A DNA stretch of 64,000 nucleotides. Source: Takakia lepidozioides. Its lineage: Eukaryota; Plantae; Bryophyta. The DNA lies in assembly GCA_030704615.1 (NCBI GenBank), contig CM060732.1:54560001-54624000 (forward strand), given 5' to 3'. The first letter of the stretch is position 1, and every line of letters begins with the position of its first letter. The notes beneath the pieces are model-generated. The model had not been told where the DNA came from, ran no database searches, and saw only the letters and a list, made by a program, of their open reading frames with translations. A program made the translations under genes and the position numbers. Below are positions 1 to 11,470 of this stretch, in pieces.

Positions 1-2
1 TA

Positions 3-3000
3 ATGCGGACTATTGTAGACTACATCCTTGCCCCACATTTGAAGCCGAGAATGCCACGATCAAGAAAAGAGGCAAGAGCAGCCTTGGATGCTGTGGGGAT
101 GGGCTATAAGATTTTTCATGCATGTCCATGTGATAAAACCCTGTACTTCGGAGAGGATGCAAAACTCACCAAATGTCCAAAGTGCAACAAAGACCGATAT
201 CGGGATGATGTTCAAGGGAAGAAAGCCCCGCACAAGGTATATCCGCGCCACAATACACTTGTATATTGCATTCTACCTTTTTGCAACTGTTTTACTTAGA
301 GATATGAATGACACTGATTATGATATAGGGCCGACATGGGGATGGTGTAGAAAATGCACTACTTTCCAATCATCCCGCGATTGCAGGCACACTACCAAAG
401 CCCCTCATTGGCACAACTGATGAGATGGCATGCCTCGCATCGGAGCCCCTCCGGGAAATGTGTGCGGGCCACAAGATTCACAAGCATGGAGGCATACTGA
501 AGAGATGTGGCCTTTTATCTTGGAGGACCCACAACATGTCCGCCTCGGCTTCTCCTCGGATGGGCTCAACCCATACTCTGTCCAGTCATGTAGTCATTCC
601 ACTTGGCCGGTGACCATGGTGAATTACAACATCCCTCCGTATCTTTCAATAAAAAAAGGCCATATCATGTTGGCTGCCATTGTACCGGGTGAGTGTTCCC
701 ATTTCATGCTTATTATTTCTTTGGATTTTACATTAATCTTCTTCTCTTTGGCGCAATTCCGATGGAAGATTGATGAGTGACGTAATCATGTAGTAAGATG
801 TGTCATTCATTATGAAGTATAATTAGCATGGTGGAGCATTGAAACAATTAATGGTGTGAATGTCTCATAGGGAAAAAACAAGTGAAAGACATGGACACGT
901 ACTTGCGACCTCTAGTTGATGAACTGAAGGAGCTATGGAGGGGGGTCCCGCATTGGATGCTTCACTTGACCTATGGCCGGACAATCTTTTCAGATGAGAG
1001 ACATCTTGCTTTGGACAATGCATGATTATCCAGGTATATTATATTCCCCATGAGAAATCCGCGTACATTTACCTGTCAAGGGATATTGATGAGGATTGGG
1101 ATTGATTGAAGTAGCGGCGACAGTATTCTGTATCGTAGTGGGGTAGATGCACATGGAAACTTTTTGTCTTTCCTAATGTGGCGGAATGTCTACAAGACTT
1201 ACTGTTTGCTCGGGGTTGAGCACTAAAGGGTACCACGCATGCCTGCAATGTGGCGATGAACTTGATGCACAAAGCTCCAGCAATCTTCGCAAGATGGTGT
1301 ATCCCAACTACCGCAAGTTTCTTCCTATGAGCCATCATTGGAGAAGAAAAGACAAACACTTGTTTGATGACAAAGTGGAGTTACGTCCCCCACTTGTGAC
1401 ACCATCCGGGCACTTTTGGGAAGACCGATGGAAGGAGGCCCATCCGGAGGGGTCCGGTGAAGTGGAGGTGCCCCGGCATGAAGTGGCTTTCAATCTTCTA
1501 CGAGTTGCCATATTGGGCGGTACATATTCCACAAAAATACCATCAATATTGCTATGCATGCATGTGATATTGCATGTTTTGTATGATTTCCATTGTCACT
1601 TTCACGACAAAAATAGACGTGTAAGAATGTGTGGGTGGGGATATGTGTAAGACCTGAAGATTTGTCATCTTCTAGATCCCATGCATATTGAGAAGAATAT
1701 TTGCTCGTCCCTTTTTCGTGTTCTTCATGGCACGCCGGCAAAGAAGGGAGTGGCTGCGAAAGGAGATTCTCTCGGTGTTAGGAAGGAAGAGCAGGGTCGC
1801 ATGCCCCATCTATGGGCCGAAGAAAATGGTGTGGACCCAAAGGGTGTTGTACGGTGGAAGGATAGGCGTGCACCTTGGCAATGGACAAATGAGGAATACA
1901 AGAAAGTGATAGCCACCATAGGAGCTGTCCGAACACCAACTGGTTATGGGTCATCCCTCCGTATGAAGTTCAACGAAGACGGGGTCCATGGTTTGAAGTC
2001 TCATGACTACCACAATCTATTGCAAGACATCTTGCCCATTGCAGTACGTGGGACATTGACTCCCGAGGTTCGCAAGACAGTCTATAGATTGGGAGCATTG
2101 TTCCGGTGGATTTGCTCCAAAGAGCTGGAGGAAGCGGACTTTCCACGCATGAAGAAGGAGGCGGTGGTGGTCATGTGTATATTGGAGATGCACCTTCCTC
2201 CCTCCTTCTTTGACATCCAAGTGCACTTGGTAGTGCACTTAGTGGAAGAGGCTTCGATTGCCGGCCCCCTTCATTCTCGGTGGATGTACTACCTTGAGCG
2301 ATACATGAAGACTTTGAAAGCACATGTAAGACAAATGGCATACCTGGAGGGTAGCATGGCGGAGGGGTATACATTGCAAGAGGCTATGTTCTACTGCATG
2401 GAGTACTTGGCAAGGGTGGATAAGGAAGCCCCTCCGATGTGGAAGGAAGATGAGGATGTACGAACCAAGGACATCGTTTTGCCCAAAAATTCAAAGAGGG
2501 TAAAATTACCCATCATGGTGATTAACCAAGCGCATGAGTTCATACTGAAGAACACCCCATCCATACATGAGTGGGAGGCAAGATACAATAACCTTGTTCA
2601 GCAACGACAGGAGGAGACGGTTGCGTGGAGGCGGAACCATGCAAGGGCTACTACACGCGCTCCGCGAGCAAGGGGCCGGCGTAGGAATGTGCCTTCACAA
2701 GAATTGCCCATGGAATTGCAGCCTCTAAGTTCATTCCGCCATTGGCTTTGGACTGAAGTAGAGGATAGCATTGCGAAAGGTGAGGTGGTTTCAGATTTGG
2801 TGCAAGACATTGCAAGGGGCCCCTCTCAATTTGCGACCTCATACACGGCGGTTTGGGTTCATGGTCTTCATTTCCGCATTCGTGCTTTTGACATGAAGCA
2901 CAAAACAACGTTTGATTCTGGCTTGTGTGCCTCATATTGGCAAGACTCCGTGTGGGGCAGGGGAGATACACGACCTACCATGAGCACACTCAACTACTTT

Positions 3001-3593
3001 GGAGAGCTTGAGAGCATACTCCAACTTCAGTATACAAGGCATCAGCCTCTTATCTTCAAGGCAAGGGGTTCCAGTCTGTGGGGCCATCTGCAACAATAGG
3101 AAGACGAGTGTGGTTTCATGCGCGTCAATACATATAGGCTCGAGTCTACTCATCGTCCCTCCGATGAGCCTTTTTCATGGCCTTCAGACATGGAGCAAGT
3201 TTTCTTCTCCGGATCAGGAAATTGGAAGGTGGTTGTGCATGCTCAGCCAAGATGAAGACGTATCTATCATGGTCGGGGATCTACATGGGGCAAGGCAGAT
3301 GCGGAGGAGGAAGAGACTGGTCATGATGACGGTGATGTTGGCCGAGGTTGGATAGAGGGGGTACAAGAGAATGATGACGCCCCGGACAATGCATCCCGGA
3401 CCCTATACGATGAGGCTCCATCAGATGCAGATGTTGGAGAAGAAGATGAAGATATGGTCATTGAAACCGAGGTGGAAGATGATTCAGATGTGCCTTTTGG
3501 TGACCAGGCCATTTATGACAATGACTCTGATGAGCAAGAAGACTTGCAGCTTGATGAGGACGAAGAAGCTCCGGATGATGATGTTCAAGTTGA
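3..3593 (+). pseudogene. CACTA TnpD/TNP2-type transposase (Transposase_21, DUF4218 and DUF4216-like parts), spliced and frameshifted
   Basis: Motifs HACPCDKTLY..CPKC, RLGFSSDGLNPY..STWPV..NYNIPP, HDYP, GYHACLQC, DPMHIEKN, GLKSHDYH..LPIA and LPPSFFDIQVHLVVHLVEE..GPLHSRWMYYLERYMK, plus an acidic tail. The frame is broken by frameshifts and short GT-AG introns. Confidence 0.88.
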
Positions 3594-4829
3594 TTAGACA
3601 CGTAATCAAAGCTACATAATAATTCTCGCACAAAATTGTACCCATCACTTCGATTGATTGTACATGTACATGCCTGTAGCTTATTTCTATGATTGATTAA
3701 TGAAAAATCCATGAAAAAAATCCTTTGTTGGTGTGGCGATCTAGGAATGATTCTAGTGAAGTTGTGACTCGAAAAAATGACTCTAGGATTGTTGAGTTTT
3801 TGTACGAGGGCAAGAATGTTGGAAGACATGGTTCTTGTTCTACAAGTGCTGACCAAGACTTACCCCTAGAAACCCTTCAATCAAGTTGGTTACCATGATC
3901 TCGATGCAACAGAAAGAATCTTCAAAATTGGTGTGAAAGACAACAATGTTGCTAAAGCCATTGCCAAAGCAATCTACCCTCAACCCTCTAATCCCATGGC
4001 CCTTCCCTTTTCCTTTCCTAGTGTCCCCACCCCCTCTTCCTGCCTTTTGTCTTTAACAATAAGGCCGCCCGGGTTGATCACGGTCTCCCACATGCAAGAT
4101 AGACCTGTTATATTGTAGCACAGAAGGAGGACTAAAAAGATTTGCAACAATGGATCCATTCAGCTTGGCCTCTGCCATGACCTTTGCAAAGACACAAAAA
4201 AGGCGATATTATGATTCCCCGCCGTCGCAAACCTGTTGGGGCATCGCAATGTCGTCGCAAGGCGATCCCTGGAGGTCGCAACCCCCTACATTTACAATAT
4301 CTATGGTTGCGGATTTGTCCTACGTAATGATTTTTGTTTTAGCTGTATTTTGTTTTGTGAATGCAAACCCCCACCCACTATCCATGGAAAAAAATGGACC
4401 AAACAAAAAAAACAAAGAGTTTCCTTCACTCATTATTGTGGAATTCTCTATGGAGAGTGCATGAAGTTGAAAAGAACTCAACTTGGGAGTGCAAATGAGG
4501 GAAGAAAATATGGTTTTCAGTCCAAATGATTTTTGTTCACTCCCAAAATTTGCACACGCATTGCAAACGTTGTCATTACGCACATGACTTGGGAATGGAA
4601 TACAACAAAATCATATGCATGTGCAAAAAATCATCATCCCACCTGAGGGGATGAGGAGGAGGATGTGGCGGCGGCCGTCAAGTTTGTTGGGATCGGCACC
4701 AATGGCGGTAGAAAGAACTTTGGCCTTGTTATACAGCAAGAGAGAAGGAGCACTATAAAGATTGGAAGAAGGGGATCAATTGACCTTGGCCTCAACCATG
4801 ACCTTTGCAAAGAGACACTAAATAGGGCC

Positions 4830-5404
4830 TCTTTGCGACTCCCGGACGTCGCAGGCCCGTCGCATTACCGCTGACGGGCGACTTCTAGCAGTCGCAACCC
4901 CCGCGAGGTGGCGTGCCCTCGCCATGTGGCGGCCAAGGAGAAAATGGCATCCTTGCGACTCCCCAACGTCGCGGCCCTGCAGGCGTCGCCCTTGCAGGCA
5001 TGCGACTGCGGGGAATCGCAACCTCGCCATTGTGGCATTTCGGTGACGTCTAGACATCGCAAACCCCAGCACGACCTGACTCGGCCCTCCCCACGCGCCT
5101 AAGTATGAGGGGTGTTTGTTGCGATTCCCGACAGTCGCAGCCTTGCGGGAGCGTCGCAGAGGGTAAGTGCGACGCCCAGGCGTCGCAACCCCAGCTCACT
5201 GGCTGGTCATCCCCAACAGCAGACGTGGCGGAATCGCAAGTAGGCGAAGCATCACCGGAGCGGCGCGAGCGACGGGCTGACGTCGCAATTTCCGGGCCGG
5301 GCGCCTGTGCGGCGCTGCAGTCGCAGAGGGTCGTCGCAGGAGGGTCGTCGCGTCCGGCGCGCCCGGGGTCCCGGCGTCGCTAACCCCCCCTAAACGTAGT
5401 AGTG
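4830..5404. repeat. CACTA subterminal repeat array and right TIR
   Basis: Many direct and inverted GTCGCA/TGCGAC motifs in a GC-rich tract ending in TAGTG. Confidence 0.85.
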
Positions 5405-6075
5405 ACATTTCGCTAACAATGAGAGTGATGTGTACAAATTTCCTTCGAAGGAAGATACGAGCTGTTACCACCACATTCGGTTGGATGTTGTCCGTGCACT
5501 TACTTCCTCCTCCCTAGTGTCTGCCGTGCATGTACAATTTAGAGCCACGAGGGCAGAGGCAGATAACGTAAAAGCGGAGGTGCATGAGTTGTGCAGAGTT
5601 GTTGCAGAAATGCTTCGCGTGAACACTTTTCTAAGGGATCTTCATTTGGAGGGTGTAAACCTGAACATGAAGTCAGCTGAGCTAGTGGCTGACGCGTTGC
5701 GTCAAAATTGTACTCTGCACTCTCTCGGTCTGCGTGTCAGGAATTTGGATGCAGAGAGTGTGCGAGTGTTGGTGGCTCCGCTTGCTACCACGCATGCCTT
5801 GGAATGCAACCGTGCGCTGCAGGAGCTGTACATAGATGCACAAGAGCTCCAACGTGTTTGGTGACGAGGGAGCAAGGCACGTTGCAGCGATGTTGTGCAA
5901 CAATTCTTCATTGTTGTCGCTCGACAAGTTTGTGGTTGGGAGATGACGGCGGAGGGCGCTGCGGAAATTGTGCGGGCTCTGGCCACCAACAACACCCTGC
6001 AAGTGCTAGACCTAGCCTATAACCAAATAGGTGTAGATGGTGTGGAGGCGCTAGCGGCACATCTCAGAAACAATG
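5405..6075 (+). pseudogene. TORNADO1-like Roco pseudogene, segment 1 (RI-like LRRs)
   Basis: LRR motifs MLRVNTFLRDLHL, ALRQNCTLHSLGL and ALATNNTLQVLDLAYNQIGVDGVEALAAHLRNN. The frame is open right up to the CACTA end and continues across the retroelement as NN-ASPTRLDI at 29502. Frameshifts are present. Confidence 0.8.
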
Positions 6076-6604
6076 TGTCGTGCGCATACATATCGCTACA
6101 CAACTACATCGCTGTCCAAACCACACCACACATATATGCACAATAAAGTAGTCTGCCACAATGAGGTAAGAAAGCTAAAAGACACACTCTCAACACAAGA
6201 AATATGAAATCCATCGCTATCACTATTTAAAAATAGAAGTCGAGCCAGGGGCACCCCAAGCTATGGGGACTCCACCCCACAACAACCTACACTCCCATCA
6301 TAAGCACACTCAGATCTAAACGCATGAAGGAGCTCGGTCGCGCAGGCTCAACTTGAGAGAGATGAGCTGCGCGACTGCCGCTCTCGTGAAGATAAGACGG
6401 TTCAGGTGTCAAACTAAACTTGACACCTGACTTAACACTTGACCTAAATCCAAGTGTTAAGTACAAATAACTAGCTTTATTCTAGTCGTTTTCACATTGT
6501 GCTTATTTAACTTGACAGCTGTCGTGCGCATACATATCGCTACACAACTACATCGTTGTCCAAACCACACCACACATATATGCACAATAAAGTAGTCTGC
6601 CACA
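6076..6604 (-). repeat. 3' terminal repeat block: A (6520-6604), gc, B (~6162-6517), A (6076-6160)
   Basis: The two 85-bp A copies differ by 1 nt. B matches 29149-29501 with about 6 substitutions and small indels. Confidence 0.92.
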
Positions 6605-6616
6605 ATCGCCCCCCTA
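6605..6616 (-). promoter_or_regulatory. Polypurine tract of the MTase-Gypsy element
   Basis: The minus strand reads TAGGGGGGCG-AT-TGTGG..., immediately before repeat A. Confidence 0.75.
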
Positions 6617-6862
6617 GCTGGTGGGTAGGTCAATCTACCTCCAGATAGCTACAAGATGTAATAGCCACAGCCGTACTAAGTCCTCTATCACTGCCCCTAT
6701 TGCACTCAAACTCTATAGACCAAGAGGCCGGGTACAAGTAGCCCCATCGTTAGTCGCCGTCTTGCAATCTGTGAACTTGAGCCAGGACCTCGTGTGTTCA
6801 AGGTCTCCTAGTAGCTGGGCCTTGCGTTTCTTGTTAGCCTTCCATGGTTGTATGCACTCCCA

Positions 6863-8296
6863 CTATCCAATGCAATGTGGACATAACCAATCCCCATCCG
6901 GAACCATCTCAAGAGGTGGAGTCAAGCATCCCATATGCCAACCTCTAGAGCATTGATCACACACCAGCATGGTGGCTGCCCCTTTAGCATACCCACACAA
7001 CATGCACCTCAAACCTGCAGCCACTGCCAGGTTTGGGTCAATCCTGCCATCGACATTCGGAAGGTGACATGGCGCACAATTACGCACATGGTCCTTCCAA
7101 GTTATGCCATCCCGACCCTCCAAGACCAAGACGCCTGAGGGCAAGACCTCTCGAACCCTCAAAATAACACGTCCTGCAGTCACATCCAGGGTCGTAGGAG
7201 TAGTCTGCTGCAGATAGACATAGTCACCAGGGTTGAATCTCCGAACCCCAGGACGATAGCCCCTACCACGTATGGTAGCATACCTCAACGTATCACGGTG
7301 TTGTGCAATGGCAAGGTTCTCGAAAGCCATGGGCATGACTCTCTTGAACAACTCTGCACGCTGCTCACATGCACGTGCCCACACGTCCGGATCGTCAAGG
7401 TTAAGAACTGTAGCAGCTTCTCTGCGAATGGATGTAGGCAAATCCGGCTCTCGGCCAAAGAGAAGAAAGTATGGTGAGAAGGAGGCAAGTGATGCTTGCT
7501 TGCTAAACCTGTAGCCCATGGCTAACCAGGGTAACTGAAGGTCCCAATCTCCTAGGTGTCCATTCTGCAAGCCATACTTGCGCAAACCCCTCTTTACTGT
7601 CTGAACAACTCTCTCTGCCAAGCCATCGGCCTCAGGATGATCCCGAGAAGTGGTGCGGTGGTCTATCAAGGCCTTGTCACACAAAGCCTGAAACTCCCCA
7701 AGAACTCTCTCCCTTGGTCCGTGAGTACCTCAGCTGAGCACACCGAATCGGCTAAAAACACAATCCAAGAATGCATACTCAGCTCCCTCACTAGCCTTAT
7801 CAGGTAATGGAACCAATTCAATCCACTTGGAGAAGTGCTCCACCATCACCAACATGTACTTGTTGTGGCGCATGGTCAGTGGCAACGGCCCTGCGAAGTC
7901 AAGACTCCACCTGTAGCCCAATCCCATGATCGGAAGAGGGTGCAATTGTGGGTAGGGGCGTTGAATGAAGCACGCACCATGTCACACACCATGCACCTAG
8001 CCACAATTGTTGCACCTCTGTGTGCATACCACGCCACCAATACTGCCCCTGCAGTAGACTATGAGTGCGTCGCACCCCAAAATGCCCCAACTCCTCATGG
8101 GCATGCCGCACTAACCGTGCCCGACTAACCGTGCCCGCTGTGTTGGGTGAGGCACAATCCTCACTCGACCATCCTCCCACACTCGGAGCAGGTGTGTCCC
8201 CTCCCACTTGAACCTCTTGGCTCGTTGTAGGATCCGATCCCTCTCCTTGGCAGTCACAGTGGCTGCAGTGTCTCCAGTGCGGAGGTAGTCCAACAC
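6863..8296 (-). pseudogene. Integrase (HHCC and DDE) with C-terminal PHD finger, frameshifted
   Basis: HAHEELGHFG..YWWRGM, RWSLDFAGP, VLTDQG and DGLAERVVQTVK. The C-terminal CMLC..MLVCDQCSRGWHMGCLTPPLEMVPDGDWLCPHC is a C4HC3 PHD finger. Confidence 0.9.
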
Positions 8297-8845
8297 AACT
8301 GAATCCTCATGTATATCTTTGGCGCCACTTGCTCATTGCTGGCCTCAGGGTCCTCAGACACTTGATCTACAGTCATCCCTGTTGCAGGTCCATCTTGGCC
8401 TTCCGCTGCCAAGATACACAGAAATGCAGATGCATGCCATCCGGGCACCATCTCCTCGTCCATCTCACCATGCCACCGAGCTCCAGTGTCATCCTGCTGG
8501 CTCGTGCATGGATTGCGACTCAACCCATCTACATTGCGATTGACCAAACCCAGTCGATGCACCACCTGAAAGTCATACTCTTGAAGGATGAGTGCCCACC
8601 GTGCAAGCTTCCCCGTAAGCTTGTCTGACTCCATCAACCACTTGAGTGGTTGGTGATCCGTGACAAGGGTGAAGAGATTGCCATATAGATAGCACCTAAA
8701 GTGTGCCATGGCCCACACTGCAGCTAAGCATTCTCCCTCATATGAGCTATACTTAGACTCTGCAGCATTGTTCGAGCGGCTAGAATAAGCCACTACGAAC
8801 TCTCTTCCCTCATCATCCACCTGTGTGAGCACCGCTCCAAGCCCG
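8254..8845 (-). pseudogene. Ty3/Gypsy RNase H domain
   Basis: GLGAVLTQ..VVAYSSRSNNAAESKYSSYEGECLAAVWA..F.LVTDHQPLKWL..GKLARWALILQEYDF..NVDGLSR. Confidence 0.9.
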
Positions 8846-8934
8846 CCTGTACCGTCTCGGTAGGCAGAGAGACCGTCAAGGGAAGTGCACTCCGCACTCT
8901 ACATTGCTCAGCCATAGCCAAGCTGATAATTCAG

Positions 8935-9870
8935 GTCAAGCAATAGAGATCCATTGCTTGCCCCAACACTTGACGACGTGATGCCTCAGAAAGAGAAGGC
9001 ACCGCCGTGGTCCCAGTGGAAAATCCCATAGCCCGCTCTCGCTCATCGGCATTAGGCTCCACTAACTGCTGCAACTGAGCATCCCACAGGAGGCCAGGTC
9101 CACCATCCCGAAAAGCATGGGATCCTGGGAAGCTGAGCAGTGTAGGTAATGCTGTTCGTGGTTGACTCACCCTGTTGACCACTGCCAAAGGCGAACGGTC
9201 ATCGTGTCTCACACGTTGAGACTGCCTCCCTGTGTCCAAAATGCTATCCACTATGAGGTGTGTTGGCCGCTTCACCCCATCAAATGCACGCTTGAGCAGT
9301 GCGGGTGGCATCAAGTTAGTCCACCATAGCCGTGGACGATGAGCCCGTGATCCCACTGCAGCTGCATCTAGCAGCACTGCTAACCCAAGCCACGACGGGA
9401 CTTGATGCACACTGGCCATCACCCTGGCCCGAGAATCGCCCATCAGTGGCACATTCTCCAAGATGTATGCTGGCGATACAGCTTGATGAAGCTGCAAGTG
9501 GCGCAAAATCCGCACCATCTCCCAAAACAGACCCGTCCTCGAGTCTCGCAATCCATTGCCATGCCCGGCTGATGAATGCCCTTGGCAGGGCCAACCTGCC
9601 ACTACCAGATCAATGGAGCCAACCTACTCCCACTCCGGCGCCCCCAGCAACGAAATGTCTGCTGGCAAGGCTTGTTGGTATCCACGAACTGCAGACACTG
9701 GTAACAAAGCAGGGTACTGCTGTACCAACTGAGCAACATGGCACAGTGAGACACGTCGTGTAGTCTTATCCCTCTCCACATACAGGTAACGCCTTACCCG
9801 CACACCTGCCTGTAGCATAGCAGCCAATCCGGTGCTGATCCCGCCAAACAAGTCCAGAAGGCAAATGCCT
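8935..9870 (-). pseudogene. DNMT3-like C5 cytosine methyltransferase domain within Pol (copy 1; in-frame TAG at 9624-9626)
   Basis: Motif I LDLFGGISTG, II YVERD, III ADI, IV VAGWPCQGHS, VI YILENV, VIII AHRPRLWWTN, IX ERERAMGF and X QVLGQAM. Confidence 0.9.
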
Positions 9871-9998
9871 TCATCCGGATACAACCACACAATAGATGTG
9901 GTATCCAATGGTGACAACTGAGGTGGTCTTGGTGCAATACCTGTACTCTCCTCCTCTCCTGATGGTACAAAAGCCTTTACCCAGGCTTGTTGCACCCG

Positions 9999-11368
9999 TC
10001 AATCAGCAACCTGCTGCAAATCCTTGCTCGTACCCCACAATGGAGTGTGAGCAACCATGGCAGGCAACTCCGCCATACCATGCATGTCATCCTGCTCTGC
10101 TGGAGGTGGCACATCCTCTGCATTGGCATTTCCTTCCAGCAACTCTCCAGGCCAACTAACTGCAGCTGTAAAGGCGGCTAGTGTTGGCATCTTGCCCCGT
10201 TGGGCAGCCGCAATATCCCGAATGAATGTCACAGGGAGCTGTCCACGACGACCATCCCCTGACTGCCATCCAGGCCTGTAGAATGCTGACTCCTCCCAAA
10301 AATCCAGGGTGAAGCCCATGGGGTATAACACTGCCCCCCACCACGAGGACATTGTAAGAGACCGCGTCTGTCACAATGGCCTTGGCTCGCATTACTGAGC
10401 CATCGATAAAATGATCCGGCTGTAGTCTAATGGCCAACTGATGCCGTGTCATGCCCCGAGCCTGCTCTGATCCTCCCAGAGAAGTCTGTATCTAGAGAGG
10501 ACAAGGCTCCATATCCGCCTCCATGAGGCCCAAATCTGCAATAGCAGCTCTGCCCAACATCAGTGGCTGAGCTCCCAAGTCCAACAAGATCCGTAGTGGC
10601 CGATACTTCTTGCCAGCCGGTCCACTCAAAGAGAAAATGCCATCCTGGTTGTCTAACAAGACAACTCCAGGTGTCACCATGGCGCGCTCAAAGGCTGGCC
10701 TAGCTGGCAGCTCTGTCAACCTGGCAGCTGCAGCTCGCCATGGCGCAGCCGTGGCAGTCTTGACCCTCAAATCCGAGGATCCCTCTGCCACTACACCTTC
10801 CAGTAACTCCGCAGAAGATGAAGTGACCCCCCACTCTCACAGAGTGTTGCTAGTCTGAACACTGCAGCTGGACTTACCCCGGGCGTCGCAATCATGGTTG
10901 CCGAGAATAGTGGGGATTGACACAAAGAGGTGGCTGCCCCCAACAACACACTGGCTGCACTAGCCTTGGTAGCAGGTGTCAGTGTTGCAAGTGTAGCTCT
11001 CCCCAATGGCATAGAAACCCCGCCTCGGTAACAGTCGGGCGAGAACTAGGTGCCATGGATGGTGTTGACACTGTCTCCGCCAATGTGAATGACTGAGGCA
11101 GCCTCGCCTGACGGCTTGCCTCCCCACATTGTGGATCCAACTCCACCTCTGCACCTCGTGGCTCAGGAACTCGTGCTGCTCCTCGAGTCACGGCTGCAGC
11201 AGACTCCACCTGCTCTAGTGGTAGTGCTGCTCCGCACATGAATCCCATGCCTCCCATATCTCCTCCCTCAGGAACAGGAGGTGGACCATCCCGCCTGGGA
11301 GCCGGTATCGCCTGAGTTGTAGCCATGGCAGCGAGCCTGTGCTCTAGCTGCTGAAGCCGGTTGGCCAT
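9999..11368 (-). pseudogene. Gag-protease linker and aspartic protease (copy 1), frameshifted
   Basis: LLDLGAQPLML here and FLDSGAQPLML in copy 2, followed by YNVLVGG. Collinear with the open frame of copy 2. Confidence 0.8.
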
Positions 11369-11470
11369 GCCTTGGTCAACACCCTGACCTCCACGTCCTT
11401 GGCCATGTTGAGCTTGCCCTTGGCCTGCACCTCGTGCCCGACCACCTCGTCCTCTCTGGGCCGGTCCACC

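Larger units (their letters stand above)
1..5404 (+). mobile_element. CACTA (En/Spm) DNA transposon, 3' part; 5' end lies outside the window
   Basis: Transposase remnants at 3-3593, dense GTCGCA/TGCGAC subterminal repeats at ~4220-4285 and 4830-5385, and the terminus CGTAGTAGTG (5395-5404), the reverse complement of CACTACTACG. Confidence 0.9.

Noticed and set aside
4665-5474. Several GC-rich ORFs
   Set aside because: They are by-products of the CACTA subterminal repeats.
8935-9870. MTase as bacterial contamination or part of a restriction-modification system
   Set aside because: It is embedded in a Gypsy polyprotein in two copies inside a plant gene, with no endonuclease partner.
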